Below are positions 42,001 to 49,608 of a stretch of DNA of 64,000 nt, piece by piece. Under the pieces are notes generated by a model that was not told the origin of the DNA, did no database searches, and saw nothing but the letters and a program-made list of their open reading frames with translations. The translations under genes were made by a program, and so were the position numbers. The stretch comes from a virus (lineage: Duplodnaviria; Caudoviricetes), in IMG/VR virus record IMGVR_UViG_3300021430_000864, positions 1 through 64,000 of that record; one strand, written 5' to 3'. Within the stretch, counting starts at the first letter, position 1. Each line of letters starts with the position of its first letter.

Positions 42001-43010
42001 GTGGTGCGGGAACATATTCAGGTTTCTGTATTTCAGAAATAACAAATTTCTATTGGTTTGATAATGACGGAAATCCTGTCGAGGTATCGGCATCCACATA
42101 TACTAATACATTAAACCCATGTACCGTTGATGGTGATTGTATACCACCATCCGAACCAAGTTCAACCCCAACACCTACTCCAAGTTTAACACCAACATCT
42201 AGTATTATGGTGTCACCGTCAATCACCCCTACGCCAACACCAACAACATCTTTGGCTCCTTGTTATGAAAATATAAGTATTAACGTAATTAGTAGTGGTT
42301 TAATAGTATATACCGATTGTTGTGATGTTGTAAAAGAAGTTTATTCTGATTCGGGTGAATATATATTAACCGATTGTGTTAAAACAAATACAATATCAGG
42401 TCTAAATGCCACAATAGGTACTGTCGATTATACAACAGGTACACCTTGTGTTTGTTCAACACCCACACCTACACCAACTGAAACATTAACACCTACACCA
42501 ACAAACACACCAACCCCAACACCGTCAACATCAACACAAAATGAATTTTGTGAATGTAACACCTATTCAATAGAATTTACCCAAAATTGTAATGAAGCAA
42601 TTAGTTGGATTGATTGTAATGATGGTACACCAATGAGTGAACAAGGATTATACTTTGGTTTACCTACAGAGGAGTTTACCGACGGAACAATAATTAATGT
42701 TTGTTCTTGTTCTACACCTATTGTTGGTTGTCCGGGAGTAACTATAACGTTAATTTCAGCTGGATGTAATCCTTACTATTATTACACAGTTAAAGAAGTT
42801 ATAGATTGCAACACAGGTGACGATTTTGGTGAAACATATGTTGTTAGAAGTACAACACCACTTTCAATTGGTGAGTTTATAAATGCAACAATAACACCTA
42901 TACCTGCAACTTGTGCGTGGAAGGTTATTAGTTCAACATCAGGACCATCATATGATGGTACGGTGTCTAGTTCATGTGGAACAGGAATACCTGTAACATG
43001 TTGTTGTTAA
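39099..43010 (+). CDS. Mucin-like PTS/Cys-module protein (1303 aa)
   Basis: Multiple F..CC...C[YW]...C..C modules alternating with TPTPS linkers and a ~270-aa Glu-containing PTS stalk; ends VTCC. Confidence 0.8.
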   Translation: MAIYVFQQCSNPANTAEFDIDTGIYSVGDVLFSFTNGATCWEMTATPGSGPASAPDFGPYDNCTECTTDTNAWEFQSCCNPSSTVYFGITNGDLSSFAPSSIIEYSGECWQFTGNFYSGTTGTVGTLIPDDITGTDCIDCELTCPTPTPAPSITPTPSIAVKTKNFYNCCDIGGEIYTTLSDNEYNAGDTYYNGTGCYIATADGPGGGSNVDDTGTWTKITGCSNGECPTCPTPTPTPTPTPPPASLTPTPTPTPTADDNCGCWTITILQIDLDAATGNTDISLNGKVFFPYTPCGVATTEITGSTTVAGDYSFCLNDDQIPPSGAYYFVSDFQVSASSYWTDNETSCTTNGECTPEPSVTPTRSVTPTITPTRTPTPTVTASASVTPQPSPSFNDFPSPTPTISVTPSITPTPSITPSITPTPSETPPLELYTWTFIDCCSTEPEPLNLVKFNILGTPTTISLSSPNTYLFDGKCYTAHSGPEYPAGPFPVQTVGPIYPDCEECSIENPCPTPTPTPSESVTPTPTETPTPTETPTVTPTVTPTVTPTFTPSISISTTPKPTSSVTPTITPEPTSSVTPTITPEPTSSTTPTVTPTVTSSTTPSITSSVTPTTTPSTSPTPTIGTSPSNTPSITPSETPSNTPTQTSSVTPTETPTLTPTETPTNSVTPSVSSTPTPTLGASPSITPSTTPSETPSETPSTTPSETPSVTPSETPSVTPSSTLGVSPSVTPSTTPSETPSETPSVTPTNSLTPTPTTTPSISITPSVSLTPTLTPTPSSSPFSPCVNDTVTPKGVKITFNSGSIYTNCSVYTGLTSTTITGSTYCTSMSTGDICDLTGITATLMEMYVKIVCEGCCEQVFRVNLDECCGNTGVTPTPTPTLGVSPSITPSITPSTTPSVSVTPSASITPSISLSATPTATPSLTPPPSGLACYCYVFDIDPSEFGIYGGPIVEYLDCTSTPQSNSFSGAGTYSGFCISEITNFYWFDNDGNPVEVSASTYTNTLNPCTVDGDCIPPSEPSSTPTPTPSLTPTSSIMVSPSITPTPTPTTSLAPCYENISINVISSGLIVYTDCCDVVKEVYSDSGEYILTDCVKTNTISGLNATIGTVDYTTGTPCVCSTPTPTPTETLTPTPTNTPTPTPSTSTQNEFCECNTYSIEFTQNCNEAISWIDCNDGTPMSEQGLYFGLPTEEFTDGTIINVCSCSTPIVGCPGVTITLISAGCNPYYYYTVKEVIDCNTGDDFGETYVVRSTTPLSIGEFINATITPIPATCAWKVISSTSGPSYDGTVSSSCGTGIPVTCCC

Positions 43011-43044
43011 TTTTCTAAACTTATATTGATAATGTATAATAAAG

Positions 43045-43052
43045 TATTTATA
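43045..43052 (+). promoter_or_regulatory. Putative late promoter motif TATTTATA
   Basis: 8 nt before ATG 43061. Confidence 0.6.
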
Positions 43053-43060
43053 ATATAACC

Positions 43061-45208
43061 ATGAGTTTTTTAAGTAATAATAATTCGGAATTTTTGTCTG
43101 TAAGAATCACCCAAAAGGGTAGAAATTCTATTGCGAAAGGTAATTTCGTTATTTCATATTTTCAAATCGGAGATTCTGAATTTGACTACACATCACCATT
43201 TGATAATTTAACAGGTTTAAATTCTGCACCGTTCCAATCGGTATTTGCACCTTTAGATAAAGAAGGTGGTGTCAAATATCCATATAAATTGGATAGTTCA
43301 TCTAATTCAACCGTTTATGGTATTCCGGTACAATCATCGACAACAGATACATTAAGAAACATAATGGGTCCGGCAGGTTTTGTTGGTCAGTATGTTGAAT
43401 ATGATAGTGATGATTGTACAGGCACAAATATTAAATGTGAAACTCAACAAATATCATTGTCAGCAATGACAGGAACTAATACCGTTGTCGTACCAACAGG
43501 TTCGAGCTTTAATGATTGTGATTTTATTACAATAGTTTTTGGTGGATTTTGTGGTAACGACCCAAATAATCCGGTCATCACAGGGGAAACAAATAGTTTA
43601 ATATATAGAATCACCGGTGTTACGGGAAATACACTTTACTTAGACAGAACAACTCCGAATTTCTCAGGTTGTACAGGGCCGGCACAAGTGGTTTGTAATT
43701 CATGTGAAAATGAATACCCTGTTTCGGTTGAATTCAATCCAAATTGTAGACCCGCAGAAATTGACCCATCACAACAACTTAATGCATGGACAATGAATGT
43801 TGTTTGGGACATGAAACCAATTGGTTTCGATGTAAACGGTATTGATGAGAATTTAACAGGATTCACATCAAATAAACACGTATCAACAAAACAATTTTTA
43901 GGTTACACAACTTCAAGTGGTCAAACATTTACAAATATGACAGGAGGAACTATCAGTAACCCAACTTCATATTATAATTCATATGATGAACAAATTGAAG
44001 TAACACCTGAAGAACAAAGATGTATTGCGGTTATTCATTATTCGGAATTGGGTGATTTAAAAAATGACCCCGAAAGATTTTTCAAATATGATGATTACAT
44101 CAGTACAAACAACACAGAAGCAGATGCATTGTTAGAAGATTCTATTGGTAATGCGATTACTGATTTAGAATACTTTGAGGTATATATTCCTTTTATTCAA
44201 TATCATAGAAATACAGGAACAACAATAGGTGGTTTATTCACTATGGATACAACTGATTATTATGTTAGTTCTAGTATTAATTCGTTTCAGAAAATTAAGT
44301 TTAGATATCTTTTAGATGAAACGGGTGCTAAGGTTGGTAAAATTTTTGTAAACAATAAAATAATTGTTATTGACGACCAAGAATTGGTTGCGGTAATGGA
44401 CTATAAATCAAATAGAAAATACACATTACCTTCACCAAAAATCAATTTATTACCAAGTGATTTACCGGCATCGCAATCATTCTATTCAGGTTCAACCGAA
44501 CAGACAATATGGTTAACATATATGTTTAATTACACAGGTGATACACAGTTAAACTCATTACCTTGTAATTACTATACTAAATTTGAAACAACCACAGGTA
44601 GTACATATTACAACACACCATGTCAGTTATATGTGAAATTCAATGACGGTTATTTCTCTAAAATGTTAACCGGTACAACGTGTGATGCTGCCAATGGTTT
44701 TATTGCAAATCAATTTCAATTATTAATACAAGTGACCGATTTAGGTGATTTACCTTCACCAAGTCAATGGAAATTACTTGATATGACATCTTATATACCT
44801 AATCATACAGTTGGTAACACAATTAACCCAAGTAATTTAGTTAACTATTCTTTCCAAGTAACATTTGACATGTTTGAAGATGATACGTCAATTTTTGATT
44901 TGGAAACGTACATTGGTGAAATACCAAATGAACCATCATCTGACCCACAATTTGGTGATGAACAACCATTTCCTGGAAGTGTTAAATTAATAAGAGCAAC
45001 TGACATTGAAAAAATGAATTTCTTGGTTAATTTACCTGCAAGTCAATTCAACACTTCTCAAAACCCGACATACACAACAGGACAAGACAAGAGAATAACC
45101 GAAGTTGCGTTACTGAATGAAAATAAGGAAGTTATGGTTATTGGTAAAACCGCGAATCCAATTAAGAGAACAGGTACTCAAGTTTTTGCCATAAAAATAG
45201 ATTTCTAA
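43061..45208 (+). CDS. Tail-collar/tail-fibre attachment protein (DUF3751-like termini), 715 aa
   Basis: N-terminal ITQKGRNSIAKG..ISYFQIGD and C-terminal ITEVALLNENKEVMVIGK match the two ends of tail-collar fibre domains. Confidence 0.55.
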   Translation: MSFLSNNNSEFLSVRITQKGRNSIAKGNFVISYFQIGDSEFDYTSPFDNLTGLNSAPFQSVFAPLDKEGGVKYPYKLDSSSNSTVYGIPVQSSTTDTLRNIMGPAGFVGQYVEYDSDDCTGTNIKCETQQISLSAMTGTNTVVVPTGSSFNDCDFITIVFGGFCGNDPNNPVITGETNSLIYRITGVTGNTLYLDRTTPNFSGCTGPAQVVCNSCENEYPVSVEFNPNCRPAEIDPSQQLNAWTMNVVWDMKPIGFDVNGIDENLTGFTSNKHVSTKQFLGYTTSSGQTFTNMTGGTISNPTSYYNSYDEQIEVTPEEQRCIAVIHYSELGDLKNDPERFFKYDDYISTNNTEADALLEDSIGNAITDLEYFEVYIPFIQYHRNTGTTIGGLFTMDTTDYYVSSSINSFQKIKFRYLLDETGAKVGKIFVNNKIIVIDDQELVAVMDYKSNRKYTLPSPKINLLPSDLPASQSFYSGSTEQTIWLTYMFNYTGDTQLNSLPCNYYTKFETTTGSTYYNTPCQLYVKFNDGYFSKMLTGTTCDAANGFIANQFQLLIQVTDLGDLPSPSQWKLLDMTSYIPNHTVGNTINPSNLVNYSFQVTFDMFEDDTSIFDLETYIGEIPNEPSSDPQFGDEQPFPGSVKLIRATDIEKMNFLVNLPASQFNTSQNPTYTTGQDKRITEVALLNENKEVMVIGKTANPIKRTGTQVFAIKIDF

Positions 45209-45212
45209 ATCA

Positions 45213-45245
45213 TTTACATTTTACAAAATATGTCTTATATATTTT
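45213..45245 (+). promoter_or_regulatory. Host-type promoter TTTA-N21-TATATTTT
   Basis: TATATTTT 45238-45245, 3 nt before ATG 45249. Confidence 0.45.
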
Positions 45246-45248
45246 TAT

Positions 45249-45857
45249 ATGAGCACAAAATTTAAAAACGCCCCAAAAATTCTGGGTTTGGACATATCAA
45301 CTAAAACCATTGGATGGGCACTCTTTGATGTTAATTCTTCAAAATTATTGGAGTTAACTCACTTCTCACCTAAGATAAAACCTCAACCTGAAGATAAGAT
45401 TGAGGAACTTTTGTTGAAGGCGGCAGCATTCAAGAAACACATCGAGAATTATAAAGATATCGGGATTACAAGAATTGTAATCGAAGAACCTTTATTAAAT
45501 TCTAATAATATCTACACCGTTGGTACACTACTTCGATACAATACGATGATTTTAAAATCGTGTTATGAAATCTTAGGAATTGTACCTACCTTTATCAGCA
45601 CATACAATGCCAGAAAATATGCGTTTCCCGGATTAGTAGGTAAGAATGATAAGGGTAAAAATGTTTTATTTGGTGGATTACCAAAAGACATTGACAAAAA
45701 ACATATCATTTGGGAAAACGTAAATTCAGTTTGTCCTGAAGTTAAGTGGTTGTATGGTAAAAATGGTAATCTTAAAAAAGAAAATTACGATATGAGTGAC
45801 GCAGCCACCGCTGTGATTGGTTTTGTTAATATGCAAAAATTGGGAATTAAAGAATAA
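45249..45857 (+). CDS. ruvC: RuvC-like Holliday junction resolvase
   Basis: ILGLDISTKTIGWA (RuvC-I), IVIEEP (RuvC-II), DMSDAATAVIG (RuvC-III). Confidence 0.8.
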   Translation: MSTKFKNAPKILGLDISTKTIGWALFDVNSSKLLELTHFSPKIKPQPEDKIEELLLKAAAFKKHIENYKDIGITRIVIEEPLLNSNNIYTVGTLLRYNTMILKSCYEILGIVPTFISTYNARKYAFPGLVGKNDKGKNVLFGGLPKDIDKKHIIWENVNSVCPEVKWLYGKNGNLKKENYDMSDAATAVIGFVNMQKLGIKE

Positions 45858-46327
45858 TGGGAGAGTTTAAATTTTTAAGAGGTTTTATTGAGGAATTTCA
45901 AAATGTTCAAAATCAGAACAGACTAAACATGCCTGTTCAATATGAACCAATGAGAGTAAATAGATTTTTAGTTACTTTTCCCGAATCTTTTAATATTTCA
46001 CCATATTTCGTTAGAATGGTTAATAGACCATCAATGAGAGTACATCCACACGGTTTACATGAATGGGATGATATTGAGATAACATTGTACGACCCAATAT
46101 CACCATCAATGTCACAAAATGTATTTGAATTGATAAATTCTGATTTAATTATTCAACCAATGACCTTTCTAATACAGATGTTAGACCCAGTTGGTTCTAT
46201 TGTGTCTGAATGGTCAATTTGGGGTAGAGTATCGTCAATTGACTATGGGATGTTAGATTATAGTGATGACTCAACATCTGAAATCAAAATGACAATTTCG
46301 GTTAACAACGCAATTTTGAACTTTTGA
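45857..46327 (+). CDS. Tail tube protein paralog (T4 gp19-like)
   Basis: YEPMRVNRF, NRP, WDDIEITLYDPISPS, MLDPVG, W...G, DYGMLDYS match gp19-like tube fold. Confidence 0.7.
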   Translation: MGEFKFLRGFIEEFQNVQNQNRLNMPVQYEPMRVNRFLVTFPESFNISPYFVRMVNRPSMRVHPHGLHEWDDIEITLYDPISPSMSQNVFELINSDLIIQPMTFLIQMLDPVGSIVSEWSIWGRVSSIDYGMLDYSDDSTSEIKMTISVNNAILNF

Positions 46328-46328
46328 T

Positions 46329-46359
46329 TTTGTTTTTTAAAAATTATTTCCTATATTTT
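46329..46359 (+). promoter_or_regulatory. Host-type promoter TTTG-N19-TATATTTT
   Basis: TTTG 46329-46332, TATATTTT 46352-46359; drives no protein-length ORF before the terminator at 46418. Confidence 0.6.
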
Positions 46360-46360
46360 A

Positions 46361-46455
46361 AACGAGGACTGAATTAACATAAAATAACATGTCAAAATAG
46401 CACTTGTATTTTGACATAAGGTGGGTGATTTTGGTGTAAACACCCACCTTTTTTT
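46361..46455 (+). ncRNA. Candidate ~95-nt small RNA (two hairpins)
   Basis: Own promoter, perfect 11-bp hairpin 46389-46417, and 10-bp terminator hairpin 46418-46450 with T7. Confidence 0.5.
46418..46455 (+). terminator. Intrinsic terminator
   Basis: AAGGTGGGTG / CACCCACCTT perfect stem followed by T run. Confidence 0.85.
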
Positions 46456-46498
46456 ATGCCCGTTTGTTTTTGTTATTTTTTTTTCTTATAATTTAACC

Positions 46499-47437
46499 AT
46501 GTTGTCTATTTCCGCAGAATATAAACCAGTAATTGAGATACTCGAAGATATTTTCGGAGATTGTCGTATGCACAACAGTTATAAAGGTCAGATTGCGTTC
46601 GATTGTCCCGTTTGTTCATACGATATTAAAGAGTTAGACCATGGTGATGGTAAGGGTAATTTGGAAATCAACTACAAAAGGTATGTGTTTAAATGTTGGT
46701 CATGTGCTGAAAGTCATGACACCCATGGTTCAGTTTATAAACTGATTAAAAAGTATGGTAACGAAAAACACTTAAAGAGATATGAATTACTAAAACCTGA
46801 CGAAGTAGAATTTGCGGTTAAACCCAAACAACAAATTGAACTTCCAAAGGAGTTTGTTCCCCTTAATTTAGTTAGTGATGGATTTAAAATGACACATCAC
46901 TATAGACAGGTAATGTCTTACCTAAAAAAAAGAAATGTCACCGACAAAATCATAAGAAAATATAATATTGGATTCGCATATGACGGTCCATTTGCAAATA
47001 GGGTTATTATTCCGTCATATGATGAGAAAAGGCAGATAAATTATTTCATTGCTCGTTCTTATTTATCAAAACCAAAGATTAAATACAAAAATCCCGAGGT
47101 ACAAAAAGAAACAATAATTTTCAACGAAAGTCTAATTGATTGGACAAAGAAAATTTACTTGGTTGAGGGGGCGTTTGACTCGATTTTCTTGGATAATGCC
47201 ATCCCAATGTTAGGGAAATACATAAGTGACTTACTGTTCAATAAGATTTACGATTTGAAATGTGAGGTCACAATTGTTTTGGACGGAGATGCGTGGAATG
47301 ATGCAGAAAACTTATACCATAAGATGAATTGTGGTAAATTAATGGGTAAAATTAATATTGTTAAATTACCAAAAGATAAAGATATTGCAGATTTGTGTGG
47401 TGATTTAACAGGATACGAAGAATTTAAATTAGATTAA
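46499..47437 (+). CDS. dnaG: DNA primase (gp61/DnaG-like, CxxC zinc finger + Toprim)
   Basis: CPVC and CWSC Zn ligands, YLKKR, RVIIP, LVEGAFD and LDGDA Toprim motifs. Start moved to ATG 46499 (46421 lies in the terminator). Confidence 0.88.
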   Translation: MLSISAEYKPVIEILEDIFGDCRMHNSYKGQIAFDCPVCSYDIKELDHGDGKGNLEINYKRYVFKCWSCAESHDTHGSVYKLIKKYGNEKHLKRYELLKPDEVEFAVKPKQQIELPKEFVPLNLVSDGFKMTHHYRQVMSYLKKRNVTDKIIRKYNIGFAYDGPFANRVIIPSYDEKRQINYFIARSYLSKPKIKYKNPEVQKETIIFNESLIDWTKKIYLVEGAFDSIFLDNAIPMLGKYISDLLFNKIYDLKCEVTIVLDGDAWNDAENLYHKMNCGKLMGKINIVKLPKDKDIADLCGDLTGYEEFKLD

Positions 47438-48289
47438 ATGGATTTATTAGGAATTTCACAAGAAATAAGAGAAACCCTTGAAGTAAAGAAAAAAGAACTC
47501 GAATTGACGTTCTTTGAAGATGAACACATATACTTCATGAGAGATATTGATGGAAAATATAGAAACGATTTCCCTTCAGTATCGAAAGTTATTAAAAAAT
47601 TTTATGTTCCGTTTGATGCAGAATCGAAAGCTCTTCAAATGACTGACGGTGATGAAGAAGAAACAAAAATACTACTTGAAAAATGGAAAAAATCGGGTGA
47701 TTATTCCACCAATTTAGGTAGTAGGGTTCACTACATGTTAGAATCGGATTTAGTTGGTCGTTACAATAACTATAAAGAGGTTAGACAACCAATATTTGAG
47801 TGTGATTCACAACAATTGGTTAAGAGTAACAACATGATTACTGCCGGTAAAGAATTTTTGGATTTGATGCACGAAAGAGGTGCGGTGTTATTAGACACTG
47901 AGATGGTTTTGGGTGACCCTGAACTTGGTTATGTTGGTCAACCTGACAAGGCTTGGTTAATGATGAACAGACAAAGGGATAATTTTGGTATTGTAATTAC
48001 CGATTGGAAAACGAATCAAGAGAAAAACTTTCAGATTCAACCATATACGGGTAAAATGTTACATCCTTTTCAAAATTATCACGACACCGCTTTGACACAT
48101 TACTTTATTCAATTACCTTTGTACGGTAAATTACTATTGAAAATGTTATCGGGAACTAAATTCGGTGATGTAAAATTACTTGGATGTGTAATCACACATC
48201 TAAAAGATAACTCCACATTTACCGAGTATAAAGTACCTGCAGACATCACAAATTCAATATTACAAATGGACGTAAAAAAATACTTATAA
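47438..48289 (+). CDS. PD-(D/E)XK (RecB/Cas4-like) exonuclease
   Basis: PSVSKVI, LGSRVH, TEMVL, GQPD, ITDWKT, QLPLY motifs. Confidence 0.75.
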   Translation: MDLLGISQEIRETLEVKKKELELTFFEDEHIYFMRDIDGKYRNDFPSVSKVIKKFYVPFDAESKALQMTDGDEEETKILLEKWKKSGDYSTNLGSRVHYMLESDLVGRYNNYKEVRQPIFECDSQQLVKSNNMITAGKEFLDLMHERGAVLLDTEMVLGDPELGYVGQPDKAWLMMNRQRDNFGIVITDWKTNQEKNFQIQPYTGKMLHPFQNYHDTALTHYFIQLPLYGKLLLKMLSGTKFGDVKLLGCVITHLKDNSTFTEYKVPADITNSILQMDVKKYL

Positions 48290-49095
48290 TGATAAAGAAA
48301 ATTATACACATCTCTGATTTACATATCAGAACCTTCCAACTACATGATATGTACAGAAGACAATTTAGGTTGTTGTTAGAAAAACTAAAAACCCAAATTT
48401 CTGATTGCAATTATGATGAGGTTAGAGTAGTAATTACCGGTGATATTGCTCACCAAAAAATTAACATTTCAAACGAACAGATGATGTTAACCTCTTGGTT
48501 AATAACTCAGTTGTATGAAAATATTGGTAGTGTTATTATCATCCCCGGTAATCACGATTTCTTGGAAAACAACACAAATCGTTTAGATAGTATTACACCC
48601 ATCGTTGAATTACTCAACAGTGATAAAGTAAAATACTTCAGAGATTCAGGTGTATATGAGGATGACAATATAAATTGGATTGTCTACTCGTTATATCAAC
48701 ATAACCAAAAACCTGATTTCCTTAGAGAGGAAGGTAAACTACATGTTGGTCTATTCCACGGACCTATTCAAGGTTTATCAACGGATTTGGGTTTTGAATT
48801 TGAAAACGCATACTCACCATTAAACTTTGTTGGTTTGGATTTATTACTGTGTGGTGATATCCATAAAAGACAGATGTTCGCATTACCAAACGGTGGTAAA
48901 GCGATTATGATTGGTTCACTAATACAACAAAATTTTGGTGAAACGGTTAATCATCACGGATATGGTATTTATGATGTTGAGACAAATGAGTATCAAACAT
49001 ATGATATTGAAAACGAACAACCATTCTTACATTTCTCAATATCAGATATATCAGACATAGAAAATGAGTCAGAAAAATTACTTAATATTAGATGA
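48289..49095 (+). CDS. sbcD: SbcD/Mre11/gp47-like metallophosphoesterase (nuclease domain only)
   Basis: HISDLH, TGDIAH, PGNHD, LFHG, GDIH motifs. Confidence 0.88.
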   Translation: MIKKIIHISDLHIRTFQLHDMYRRQFRLLLEKLKTQISDCNYDEVRVVITGDIAHQKINISNEQMMLTSWLITQLYENIGSVIIIPGNHDFLENNTNRLDSITPIVELLNSDKVKYFRDSGVYEDDNINWIVYSLYQHNQKPDFLREEGKLHVGLFHGPIQGLSTDLGFEFENAYSPLNFVGLDLLLCGDIHKRQMFALPNGGKAIMIGSLIQQNFGETVNHHGYGIYDVETNEYQTYDIENEQPFLHFSISDISDIENESEKLLNIR

Positions 49096-49564
49096 TGAAT
49101 TTTTAAAATATTGTGAATTAAATGAAATTCATGATACTGAAAAATTAGCGAAGGAGATTTTCAGAAAGGGTTTCAACATTACAAAATATGGTGAGACCCC
49201 CACAACTCTTTATACGCAAAAAATCATCGAAAAAGAAGTGATTAAAGAGGTGCCGGTGGAAAAGATTGTTGAAGTAATTAAAGAAGTTCCTGTTGAAAAG
49301 ATTGTTGAGGTGGTTAAGGAAGTTCCGGTCGAAATAAAAGGAGACACCCAAGTTGTAGTAAAAGAGGTAATTAAGGAAGTTCCTGTTGAAAAAGTCGTTG
49401 AGGTTATAAAAGAAGTTGTTAATAACGATGAAATCGTTAAATTGCAACAGGAAAACCAACAACTAAAATCTGAATTAGAAACCATAACAAAATCATTAGA
49501 ATCTCTTGGTAAAAAGGGTAGGTTTATGAAGGATAGTAATCTTTCATCATTATATGGTGAATGA
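49064..49564 (+). CDS. Hypothetical protein with EKIVEVIKEVPV repeats and C-terminal coiled coil
   Basis: 12-aa charged/Val repeats at about 49229-49420. Confidence 0.7.
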   Translation: MSQKNYLILDDEFLKYCELNEIHDTEKLAKEIFRKGFNITKYGETPTTLYTQKIIEKEVIKEVPVEKIVEVIKEVPVEKIVEVVKEVPVEIKGDTQVVVKEVIKEVPVEKVVEVIKEVVNNDEIVKLQQENQQLKSELETITKSLESLGKKGRFMKDSNLSSLYGE

Positions 49565-49565
49565 T

Positions 49566-49596
49566 TTTGTTTATTCGGAATTTTTAGTTATATTTT
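49566..49596 (+). promoter_or_regulatory. Host-type promoter TTTG-N19-TATATTTT
   Basis: TTTG 49566-49569, TATATTTT 49589-49596; ATG 49609. Confidence 0.6.
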
Positions 49597-49608
49597 AAAG
49601 AAAAAAAC

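Noticed and set aside
34794-42149. Diversity-generating retroelement TR/VR pair between the paralogous Cys modules
   Set aside because: DNA copies are too diverged, differences are not adenine-specific, and there is no reverse transcriptase in the window.
45249-46455. TnpB/Cas12-like RNA-guided nuclease (RuvC near a small RNA with AAATAGCA and ATAAGG, tracrRNA-like words)
   Set aside because: Protein is a 202-aa compact resolvase without REC/zinc-finger regions, the RNA is separated by another gene and has its own promoter, and the word matches are short enough to be chance.
47438-48289. Cas4/CRISPR system
   Set aside because: No repeat-spacer array or other cas genes; RecB-family exonucleases are usual in phage replication blocks.
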